A stretch of DNA of 63,902 nucleotides, counting the filler, from Octopus bimaculoides (lineage: Eukaryota): assembly GCF_001194135.2 (NCBI RefSeq). It is 6 parts of 6 records of this genome, joined end to end, with 100 filler letters (N's around TTAATTAATTAA, not from the genome) between each part and the next. Parts side by side here need not be neighbours in the genome. Positions count along the whole stretch, not along the records: positions 11,378 to 42,008 come from NC_068982.1; 5 more parts are not named here. One strand, given 5' to 3'. The translations under genes were made by a program, and so were the position numbers. The notes under the pieces were generated by a model. It saw only the letters and a list, made by a program, of their open reading frames with translations, searched no databases and was not told where the DNA came from. Positions within the stretch are counted from its first letter, which is position 1. Each line of letters starts with the position of its first letter. Below are positions 25,038 to 35,239 of this stretch, one piece after another.

Positions 25038-25399
25038 CGTTTTTGAAGCAATGTAAATAAATAAAAAAACATATAATCATTCATTATTCTGACTGCCTTA
25101 TTATTCTATATATATATATATATGTATGTATGTATATATACAGAATTCCAACCTATTTATCCAGACAGCAAAACATCTCAAATATAATTAATAACCCTGA
25201 CAATTTATACTAACAAAGAAATTTGAACCATGTAATTCCAACCAATTTACTCAGACAGCAAAACCAGCCTCCTAGTAGTCATAATATAATTAATAATACT
25301 GACAATTTCTACCAATGATATTGCAGAAAATTTTTTTTTAGACTGAGTGGAGAGAAATAGGGATACACATTGGAACAAGACATAATGGAGAAACTCAAA

Positions 25400-26090
25400 G
25401 TAATAAATTTATCAAAGAAAACTCTCCCAGCAACAAAAAATCAGTATATTAGCTAAAGGATTAACATTTACCCCAACCCCATGAAGATCTAACCAGAATG
25501 AAATTAAAGATAGTATTTCGGAATTCTACAGAAAACTATGACACACAGAAGCACGAACTGACTACAACAATGAGGATGAATCACTGGTTAAAAACAGAAG
25601 TAAGTATTTTCCACCTAAAGGTAGGAATAAAACACTGGATGACTTCTGCAACCATATCCAGAATTTCCCAAATACTTTCCATAAGCGAAAAATTAATTCA
25701 AACCTCAACAATTTAGAATGGAAATATCTAAGCAACAAAGAACTGACAATCAAAAAAGCAGACAAAGGAAATGCTGTAGTCCTGATGGACACAGAATGCT
25801 ATAAAAGCCTGGTATTATCCATGCAAGAAAACGATGCCTTCTACGAAAAAGTTGTAAACTAAAGGCAACAAAAAAACAATGAAAAATCTTGCATCCTTAA
25901 TACTTCTACATGGAAAAAGCCTGACAGAAAAAGAAACAGACCATATCATGAACTTCAAATGTAAACCCAGTCTTTTTTACGGCCTACCTAAAATACACAG
26001 GAGCAAGATAGTTAATGAAGCCTGCAAACAATCACCAGGCTAATACATAAATATCCAAGTGCCAGAAGACTCAAATCACTGAAAAGACTT
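25400..26090 (+). pseudogene. Penelope-like element RT, N-terminal fragment
   Basis: VINLSK..LAKGLTFTPTP (25449), IKKADKGNAVVLMD (25749-25790), FYGLPKIH (25975-25998); several frameshifts and stops. Confidence 0.9.
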
Positions 26091-26184
26091 CTGACAAATG
26101 CAAAATCAATGGTTAAAAAATTTGCTCGACTAAAGGCGGTGCTACAGTATGACCACAGTCAAATGACTGCAACAAGTAAAAGAG

Positions 26185-26246
<62 letters not shown>

Positions 26247-26604
26247 TAAAGATAAACATATTAAAAGGGGTCTATGAGAAAACTCCTTTAAATAAAAGGA
26301 TTGGGAACCACTGTGAAAAGGGTTGGGAACTCCTGGTATAAACGATTCCATACTCTGTCTCAACTTCTCTTTTTCTCTCCTTTCTTTGTTTAGCTTTTGC
26401 AAAAGTCCTATTTGGAGATAAATGCAAATTACCCATGATGCTACACTTTTGTTGATGTAAATGACATATATAATTGCTGAGACAGCACAAATGATACAAC
26501 ATGTAGTGAATGTTAAGGCTTAATATCTCGTTGAATAAAATAAACCAGAAGAATGTACCTCGGTGATGGAACACAAAGAAAATTTAAGACGTTTACCACA
26601 GCTT

Positions 26605-26885
26605 TTCACTGCATCATGGTATTGATCAGATAAATGGATGTTGTTACACATCGCTGGCCATAATGCTCTTTGAATTCTTTTAGCTTTCATATGATGTCAG
26701 CCGTCTGGCTTCCAGATCGTAAGGCAATTCCATCACAGAGTTATCCATTTATGGTTGAGTGAACTGGAACAACATGAAATGAAGAGTTTTGCTCAAAAAC
26801 ACATGTTGCTTGGTCGAGGAATTGAACCCATGATTTAGCAACCGTGAGTGCAATACCTAAACCACTAGACCACACACCTTCCACA
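26605..26885 (-). mobile_element. SINE family E variant
   Basis: Reverse-strand TGGTCTAGTGG A box, GGTTCAATTCC B box, TTGAGCAAAAC block. Confidence 0.75.
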
Positions 26886-27868
26886 CCACAGATTATACCA
26901 CACATAACTGCCCTTTTATAAATATTATTTGCATCATTCTGACTATAAATTCTTGTTACAGATAATTTGAAAAATAAGTTTGTTAGTTTCTCTTCAAAAA
27001 AATGATAAAATATTAAAAAATTCAATTAATGATATAATATTTAAATTTTCTGAAATTATGTAAAAATTATTGAATTACAGTCTTGTAAATCTTTCACTGT
27101 TCAAGCTGAAAAAAAAAAAAAAACTAGAAGCAGAAACAAAATAATTGTGGTTTCAGCAATTTTAATAATACTGCTTATGTTAGCAGTTATAGGAAAGTTA
27201 ATTTTTCTGTTAAAAATATGCAGAAAAAAATTAATTGCATCAAGATATTAATTATAATTCTAGTAAATGCAATTTATTCTCATCTGCTTGTATTTCACTC
27301 ACTAGAATTTACATTTTGTTTTTCCTTGGAAAATTTAAAAAGTTTGATAAAACTATAAAAACCTGGAAATAAATATTTATAAGTCCAAAATGGCATCTTT
27401 TTTGTTTACAAGGCAAATCTAGTTACCCAATGATAGAAAATCAACATTTATAAACATGGCAATAATTGGATTCTTCTCCAATCAAGTTTGACCATGTCTA
27501 GACATGCATGTGAAGGTTTTTGGCAAAGAGTTTTGAGGAAAACTAGCAGTTTGCCATAAATGCAAGTCCCTTCTCTCTATGCCCTTGATTTCATCCAAGA
27601 GAATGACTACGAACTTGAGCTCACACAACCTGGCAGCAGTGTTATTGTAGATGTAGCTGTTAGTATACAAAGAGCTAGAACAGATACTGCAAAACATTTT
27701 GCCCAACGGTTCTGACTAAGAAAAGGCGAAACGCCAAGGGTGACTTCAGTGGCATTTGAACCCAGAATGCAGAGAGCCAGGAAAAATACCATGAGACATT
27801 TTAGCTGATACTTTAATGACTCTACATTCAAGACTACTTCACAATCAATGCTAAAAATGTATAGTATT

Positions 27869-28238
27869 TTATTTACATTATTTACATTTGACGGATATTT
27901 GTCCTCATCTTGTTTGTTGTTAACACAACGTTTTGGCTGATATACCCTCCAGCCTTCATCAGGTGTCTTGGGGAAATTTTGAACCTGGGTTCTCATTCCT
28001 TAGGTACTTTTGAATGTTGTTGTTATTATTATTAGTACTCTTATTATGATTATTATTATTCAGGTCACTGCTTGGAATTGAACTCAGAATTTTGGGATTA
28101 GTAGCCCGCTCTCTTAACCACTATGCCATATCAGCCGAAATGTTGTGGTAACAACAAACAAGATGAGGACAAATATCCATCAAATGTAAATAATGTAAAT
28201 AATGTACATAATTCCTCCTCTCTTAAATATCGAACTGT
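27869..28238 (-). mobile_element. tRNA-headed SINE with hammerhead-like tail plus inverted partial tail copy
   Basis: Minus strand: A box TGGCATAGTGG, B box GAGTTCAATTCC (28060-28130), AAT-rich linker, tail 27869-28000; inverted tail copy 28128-28238; perfect 12-bp TSD ATGTATAGTATT (27857-27868, 28239-28250). Confidence 0.85.
27922..27967 (-). ncRNA. Minimal type I hammerhead ribozyme motif (this copy G12A)
   Basis: GACAC-CTGATGA-A-GGCTGG/TCAGCC-AAAA-CG-TT-GTGTT; the inverted copy at 28131 keeps CAGCCGAAA. Confidence 0.6.
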
Positions 28239-28429
28239 ATGTATAGTATTACTGTAAAGTTACTGTGTTGTGCTAAATAAACAGACACATTAAAGGAGTG
28301 AGGAAAATACTTTGCAGTAGTAACTTTTTTTTTTTTTCTGCTTTTAAATCCCATAAAATTGCTGCTCTTTAGCCTCATTAAGTATATTATGATCAAAGTG
28401 TTCCAAACATGACCACCCCAATGATTTCC

Positions 28430-28745
28430 TCACAAACACATGAAAGCAGCCATCCCTGTGCTGGTGACATGTAAAAGCACCCATGCCATGCTGGTGACCC
28501 ATGTTGGTGACCCGTGCTGGTGACCTGTACTGGTAACATGTAAAAACTCCCATGCCAGTGACACACTTAAAAGGCATCCACTACACCCTTGGAATAATTG
28601 GCGTTAGGAAGAACATCCAGTCATAGAAACCAAACGAACATCAGACTGGAACCTGGTGCAGCTCTCTGGCTTACCAGTTCTGGTCAACAGTCTAACCCAT
28701 GCTAGCATGGAAAGTGGATACTAAATGATGATGATGATGACGACG
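28430..28745 (+). mobile_element. RTE-like 3' UTR (family C)
   Basis: GGCGTTAGGAAGAACATCCAG block and (GAT)n tail. Confidence 0.75.
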
Positions 28746-29164
28746 ACAACTGCACTACATTATCCAGTGTGTCCCTAGCATTTTCAAGATGTTAGAGTAA
28801 TGAATCGAAGAAGATTTGGCTGTTATTTATTGAATGTCTGTTGAGCAGGTAGAAATTCTTTTTGTTCCTTTACGTTATGTCTTTTCGAAACACTACATCA
28901 ACAGCAATTACTGTAATTCTTTCCTATTTTCTAAAACTTAATCCGTATTTAAATTATAAATCTCTTTTGCTTGTTCTGTATACAATGATAAATACAATTA
29001 GATATGACAAAATAAACATTTCCAGCAAAGCTACAATAACTTTAGGATTTATGTATTAAGACTGCTGACGATATTTTTTGCATGGAGATTAGTTTTTCTT
29101 GCCCGCTCTCCCTCCTACCCTCCCTCCCTCCCTCCCTCCCTCTCGCTTCATGGATGTGTGTATT

Positions 29165-29389
29165 CTGTTATTCTTTTATTCTTTTATTTGTTTCACACAT
29201 TTGACTGCAGCCATGCTGGAGCACCGCCTTTAGTCGAACAAATCGACCACATTCTTTGTAAGCCTAGTACTTATTCTAGTGGTCTCTTTTTGCCAAATCG
29301 CTAAGTTACAGGGACCAACATCGGTTGTCAAGCGATGGTGGGGGGACAAAGACAGACACACAAACATAGACACATATACACAGATACAT

Positions 29390-29420
<31 letters not shown>

Positions 29421-29430
29421 TATATATATG
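29165..29430 (-). mobile_element. SINE family A, 3' half
   Basis: Tail, body and microsatellite in reverse complement. Confidence 0.8.
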
Positions 29431-29433
29431 CAT

Positions 29434-29607
29434 ATAAGAAGGGTAACCACTAAGTGGACATCCGATATGCTAGAAAGAGGTCATCAACGACCCAACCACA
29501 AAGAAAAATAATGTTCTCCATAAAAAAATTCAGCAAACACCAGAGCATAGGCAGGCCCACCTATGCTCTGGTGTTTGCTGAATTTTTTTATGGAGAACAT
29601 TATTTTT
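29434..29607 (-). mobile_element. Fold-back tail element, family G, second copy
   Basis: Shares 29440-29520 with 23537-23620; perfect 48-bp inverted arms 29504-29551 / 29560-29607, 8-nt loop. Confidence 0.8.
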
Positions 29608-29654
29608 AGCTAATTTATATATTTGTAGCTTTGCTATAATGAATTATTATGATA

Positions 29655-29870
29655 TTCTTTTCTACTCTAGGCACAAGGCTCGAAATTTTGGGGGAGGGGG
29701 CAGTCGATTAAATCGACCCCAGTACGCAACTGGTACTTAATTTATCGACTCTGAAAGGATGAAAGGCAAATGCAACCTTGGCGGAATTTGAACTCAGAAC
29801 GTAAAGACAGACGAAATACCACTAAGCATTTCACCCAGCGTGCTAACATTTCTGCCAGCTCACAGCTTTG
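29655..29870 (-). mobile_element. SINE family B
   Basis: Reverse-complement head and CTGAAAGGATGAAAGGCAAA domain. Confidence 0.85.
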
Positions 29871-30043
29871 AATTACTGTAATATTGCATAAGTATTGGTT
29901 TTAGTGTATCTGTACTACATATTTCTGTACCACATCTGTACTCTAAATTTATTTTAGTGTATCTGTACTGTATATTCGTATTTATTTTACAATTATATAA
30001 GGAGAGGGCTTATGTGAATATATATATTTATTTATATAAGAAA

Positions 30044-30085
<42 letters not shown>

Positions 30086-30339
30086 TTAAATTATTGCATT
30101 CATATTTAATAAACCAAGTCAATTATTGCTTTTCATTTGATCTACTCCAATGATAAACAGCCATTAATGATAGGGATGATGTTTGAACAGAAATTGATCA
30201 GGTTACAGCGAAATTTCATCACGAGCAATTATTCAACAAAAAAATAAAATACTACAAGAAATTTTCTTACAGTAAGTGTTGCTGCCTTTTACATGTTGCT
30301 CTACAATGAAAGAATTCTTCAGTGCAAAATATATTGTAG

Positions 30340-30780
30340 CAACAGGAATTACTTTTTAGATATGAAATATTGGTTTCAAATTTTGGAACGGAACCAACAT
30401 TTTGGGGGAGGGGTTAAGTCAGTTCCAATGACCCCAGTACTGAACTGGTACTTATTTTATCAACCTGAAAGGATGAAAGGCAAAGTCAATCCTGGCAGAA
30501 TTTGAACTCAGAACATGAAAACAGACAAAATTCCACTGAGCATTTTTCCAGGAATTTTAATGATTCTTTTCTACTCTAGGGACAAGGCCTGAAATTTTGG
30601 TGGAGGTGAGGTGCAGGCAATTAGATCAACCCCAATACAGAACTGGTACTTAATTTGTCGACCCCCAAAAGGATGAAAAGCAGTCAGCCCCAGCAGAATT
30701 TGAACTCAGAACGTAGTGGATAACAAAATACCACTAAGCATTTCGCCCGGCGTGTTAATGATCTTGCCAGTTCACCTTTT
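30340..30780 (-). mobile_element. Two tandem SINE family B copies
   Basis: GGATGAAA..GAATTTGAACTCAGAAC occurs at ~30470-30515 and ~30670-30715. Confidence 0.8.
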
Positions 30781-30794
30781 AAATATAAGATATT

Positions 30795-31006
30795 CTTTTA
30801 TTCTTTTACTTGTTTCAGCCATTTGACCTGCAGCCATGCTAGATCACCACCTTTAGTTGAATGAATCAACCCCAGGATTTATTCTTTGTAAGCCTAGTAC
30901 TTATTTTATCGGTTTCTTTTGCCGAACCGCTAAGCTAAGGGAACATAAACACACTAACATTAGTTGTCAAGTAATGGTTGGGGGACAAGCATAGACACAC
31001 AAACAT

Positions 31007-31045
<39 letters not shown>
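30795..31045 (-). mobile_element. SINE family A, 3' half
   Basis: Tail, body and (TA)n; 5' half replaced by the adjacent insertion. Confidence 0.8.
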
Positions 31046-31048
<3 letters not shown>

Positions 31049-31050
<2 letters not shown>

Positions 31051-31620
31051 CTTTCGAACATTGGGCCTCACTGAGGTAATGACAAGTCACCGAGACCTTT
31101 GGAGATATGCTGTGCTTGGGAAGACCCGGCAAGCCGAGTGAGACCGTGTCTGTGACCTATGCCAGTGCAGCATAACCGGCCCATTTAAGAGTACCCTTCA
31201 ATCATTGGGTAATAAACTGCACTTGCAAAGACCTGTTGAGGCAAGTGAAGTTGTTGTTGTGACCGATGACAGTACCACCTGATTGGCATCTGTGCCAGTG
31301 GCACGTAAAAAGCACCATTCAAGCATGATCGCTGCCAGGGCCACCTGACAGGCTCCCATGCTGGTGGCATGTAAAAAGCACCAACCGAATGTGGTCAATG
31401 CCAATGCTGCCTGACTGGCCCCCATGCCAGTGGCACATAAAAAGGACCCTCTACACTCTCAGAGTGGTTGGTGTTAGGAAGGGCATCCAGCTGTAGAAAC
31501 CTTGCCAGATCAAACTAGAGCCTGGTGCAGCCTCTTGGCTTACCAGTCCTCAGTCAAACCATCCAACCCATGCCAGCATGGAAAGCAGACGTTAAATGAT
31601 GATGATGATGATGATGATTA
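31049..31620 (+). mobile_element. RTE-like LINE 3' end: ORF C-terminus plus long 3' UTR (longest family C copy)
   Basis: DFRTLGLTEVMTSHRDLWRYAVLGKTRQAE* (31049-31141) resembles RTE-type RT C-termini (xDRxxWR); three ~65-bp units; GGAAGGGCATCCAGCTGTAGAAAC; (GAT)n tail. Confidence 0.75.
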
Positions 31621-32145
31621 CCACATTCTAAGTTCTAATTCCACTGAGATCAACTTTGCCTCACTTCCTTTCAGGGTTGATAAAATAAGTACCAGTTGAG
31701 CACTGAGGGCAATATAAACAACTACCCTTCCCCCCAAATTGCTGGCCTTGTGCCAAAAATTGAAACTATTCTTGTTATTGTTGTTGTTTTTGTTTTCCAG
31801 TGGTGAGCCAGTTAGATGTGTTTTCCTNNNNNNNNNNNNNNNNNNNNNNNNNNNNNNNNNNNNNNNNNNNNNNNNNNNNNNNNNNNNNNNNNNNNNNNNN
31901 NNNNNNNNNNNNNNNNNNNNNNNNNNNNNNNNNNNNNNNNNNNNNNNNNNNNNNNNNNNNNNNNNNNNNNNNNNNNNNNNNNNNNNNNNNNNNNNNNNNN
32001 NNNNNNNNNNNNNNNNNNNNNNNNNNNNNNNNNNNNNNNNNNNNNNNNNNNNNNNNNNNNNNNNNNNNNNNNNNNNNNNNNNNNNNNNNNNNNNNNNNNN
32101 NNNNNNNNNNNNNNNNNNNNNNNNNNNNNNNNNNNNNNNNATATA

Positions 32146-32196
<51 letters not shown>

Positions 32197-32269
32197 TAAA
32201 TATATAGATAGATGCATATATCCATACATATATGTACATACCTACATCTATATGTATACATACATGCAT

Positions 32270-32420
32270 ATATGGGTACAGGACATCAAAGAAATGTTAA
32301 ACACAATGAGAAGTGACAAACGAAAACAGAAAACAAACTTTTTTCGAACAACGAAAAGTCAAACAGAGAAACCAGACATAAAACATAAAGAGTATACCCC
32401 TTCGTCAGTTGTCCCTGCCC
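32270..32420 (-). mobile_element. Tail element family F (related copy 47790-47880)
   Basis: Both copies end on the minus strand in ..GTCCTGTACCCA next to TA/CA microsatellite and begin near CTGACGAAGG / CTAATGAAGG. Confidence 0.55.
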
Positions 32421-32961
32421 AGTATTAATAAGATAGGAGATGGATTGTAATAGAATGTGTAATAGATTTTATTGAGCACAACACAAGTTTTGACCCATCA
32501 TTCTGGGTCTCTTTGGGTAACCTAAACTGTGCCGGCGCTTTACTCATCATCTATTTATACATTTTGTATAATTTTTCCATTATATATATATACATACATA
32601 TATATATATATATTACATATGATTGTTATATTTTTTTGGTAACAAATAGGTTAGATAGGATGATGTCTATATTACAATAATATGCTGTGCATTTTTACTC
32701 TTTTTTTTTTTACTCTTTTACTTGTTTCAGTCATTTGACTATGGTCATGCTGGAGCACCGCCTTGTTTAGTCAAGCAAATCGACCCCGGGACTTATTCTT
32801 TGTAAACCTAGCACTTATTCCATCGGTTACTTTTGCCAAACCGCTAAGTTATGGGGATGTAAACACACCAGCATCGGTTGTCAAGTGATGTTACGGGGGT
32901 GGGGGGAGACAAACACAGACACACAAACACATACACACACATACATACATATATATATATA

Positions 32962-33388
32962 TATAATATCATTAATAAATCATAGGGCAGCAAAAAAAAT
33001 TTTAGAAATTTAATTTACCACCAGTGGTCCAGCGAGAATAAAAATCAGTCAATAGACTATATATATATTATTCATTAAAATACAGAGATGCCTATAATAG
33101 GACATCTAACCCGCTAGAAAAAGCAGCAAAAAACTCTATACCACAAAAATAGGGATAATTTCGAAAGAGAATGAAAAATAAAAACTTTTACCAGTCTATA
33201 CTCTGTACCATGGTTTCAAGTAATTTAGCAAGATAAAAATATACCTTGTTCGGCAACTATCTTCAGCAGAGTACCATGAACAAGTGTGTAAACACGAGTC
33301 ATAGGGAAACACGACCCGCGTTTACACGCTTCGAAATTATCCCTATTTTTGTGGTATAGAGTTTTTTGCTGCTCTTTCTAGCGGGTTA
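32962..33388 (-). mobile_element. Non-coding hammerhead-bearing element with 59-bp inverted repeat (PLE terminal-repeat-like)
   Basis: 33107-33165 is the near-perfect inverse of 33330-33388; hammerhead between them; tail also seen at 12186. Confidence 0.75.
33199..33273 (-). ncRNA. Type I hammerhead ribozyme motif with palindromic helix III
   Basis: TACTCTG-CTGAAGA-[stem II region]-GAAA-CCATGG-TA-CAGAGTA: 7-bp stem I, intact core, ACCATGGT palindrome, GUA triplet; base of stem II imperfect. Confidence 0.7.
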
Positions 33389-33632
33389 TATATATATATA
33401 AATATATATATATGACGGGCTTCTTTCAGTTTCCGTCTACCAAATCCACTCACAAGGCTTTAGTTGGCCCTAAGCTGTAGTAGAAGACACTTGCCCAAGG
33501 TGCTATGTAGTGGGACTGAACCCAGAACCAGGTGGTTCGTAAGCAAGCTACTTACCACACAGCCGCTCCTACGCCTACTGCCTTCAGCTTCTGTATAGTA
33601 ATATTACAATCATGAAATTAGCATTAGCTTAC

Positions 33633-33785
33633 CTCACAGAACACTTCGGAACTTTTTGTGGAACCGGTTGAGAAATGCTATACCAGAATCTTCCTCATAC
33701 ATCTGCATGGAATTATTATATATTTTCTCAACTTTGCTCAGACACACAAAATGGTAATGAAAATTCCCTGGCATGGCCCCTTCCT
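33633..33785 (-). CDS. Possible host exon, product unknown
   Basis: Acceptor TTTTGGTAG, donor GAG/GTAAGC, frame EGAMPGNFHYHFVCL...FLNRFHKKFRSVL*; phase-compatible with 34226-34318, but a plus-strand exon reading (from 33640) is equally possible. Confidence 0.25.
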
Positions 33786-34225
33786 CTACCAAAATGTTAT
33801 TCAAAAGTAAGACTGTCACACATATAATAGCACACTCGCAAACAAACAAAACCAGGTTTAAAATATAAGGTACAAAACACACAATGTTAAAGCAAAAATG
33901 AAACAAATGGAAAAGAAAATTAATGACAATTCCATTAAAAATGCCATTAATATGAACAATGTTCACATTTTTCTTTTATTTCATAGCAATGACAATGTAA
34001 TTTTCGCACACACATGCATACACACTCATGCACACTCACACACACAAATGGAACCAAGCAAAATTAATACTTTGGGGAATGGAAGTTTTGCATATGTTAT
34101 CAGTGAAAGAAAGAAACCTGACATAACCAAACCTGAAGAAAAAACACAGTGATCTGACAAAATTCTGTCAAGTTCCATCGCCTGTCTTGCCTAAATATCC
34201 AAGAATTGGCAAGAATGAAAGTTAC

Positions 34226-34318
34226 GGATTTGTGCATCCCCAAAAATGACTGAGGCTTTCAGTTGCTTCTCTTTTAATTTTGACTCTATATCTTCAGGAG
34301 GAGTTACCTCTATCCTTT
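34226..34318 (-). CDS. Possible host exon, product unknown
   Basis: Pyrimidine tract + AATATAG, donor GTAACT, 93 bp open frame RIEVTPPEDIESKLKEKQLKASVIFGDAQI. Confidence 0.3.
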
Positions 34319-34502
34319 CTATATTAAACAAAATGAAGTAGATTGACAAATTTACTAAAATGAAGTAGTTTGACAAATTTATTTTTTGAACCCATTTGAA
34401 GACACACAAGATGTCGAAATATCGTTCACCAGATAACAATGGCACTCTTCTTTTAATTTTGACTCTATATCTTCAGGAGGAGTTACCTCAATCCTTTCTA
34501 TA

Positions 34503-34504
34503 TT

Positions 34505-34559
<55 letters not shown>

Positions 34560-34567
34560 GTAGTAGT

Positions 34568-34600
<33 letters not shown>

Positions 34601-34666
34601 AAGAAGAAGAAGAAGAGGAGGAGGAGGAGGAGGAGGAGGAGAAGAAGAAGAAGAAGAAGAAGAAGA
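34503..34666. repeat. Compound microsatellite (AAT)(AGT)(AAG)(GAG)(AAG)
   Basis: Direct reading. Confidence 0.95.
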
Positions 34667-34669
34667 ATC

Positions 34670-34885
34670 CTTTCTACTATAGTCACAAAGCCTGAAATTT
34701 GAAGGAACGGGACTAGTCAATTACAACGACCCCAGTGTTTCACTGGTACTTAATTATCGACCCCTGAAAGGATGAAAGGCAAAGTAGACCTCAGCAGAAT
34801 TTGAACTCAGAATGTAGCAATGGGCAAAATATTGCGAAGCATTTCGTCCAGCAGGCTAATGATTCTGCCAGCTCACCGCCTTAGC
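34670..34885 (-). mobile_element. SINE family B
   Basis: Reverse-complement match to 21857-22087. Confidence 0.85.
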
Positions 34886-34913
34886 AATAATAATGATGAT
34901 GATGATGATGATG

Positions 34914-34968
<55 letters not shown>

Positions 34969-35009
34969 ATGAGCTTTTCTGCCCTAGGTGTACAGAAAAC
35001 ACTCAGTGA

Positions 35010-35235
35010 GAAATGGAAGAAAATTTGAAGAAGGAAGATATGCTTAGAGGTATTTCGTCTGCCATTACATTCTGAGTTCAAATTCTACCATGGTCGACTT
35101 TACCCTTTATCCTTTTGGAGTCAATTAATAAGTACCAGTAATGCACTGGGGTTGATGTTATTGACTTAATCCCTTTGTCTGTCCTTGTTTGACCCCTCTA
35201 TGTTTAGCCCTCTGTGGGCAATAAAGAAATGAAAT
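35010..35235 (+). mobile_element. SINE family B
   Basis: Head, central domain and tail TTTAGCCC..GTGGGCAATAAAGAAAT as at 22040-22087. Confidence 0.85.
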
Positions 35236-35239
35236 GAAT

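Larger units (their letters stand above)
32695..33580 (-). mobile_element. SINE family A split in its central microsatellite
   Basis: 3' half 32695-32960 and 5' half 33410-33580 are collinear either side of the insert 32962-33388. Confidence 0.85.

Noticed and set aside
22581-27690. Further exon-like islands (22581-22667, 22821-22906, 23812-23876, 27560-27690)
   Set aside because: Splice-like signals and short open frames exist on both strands, cannot be chained consistently and match no family I recognise.
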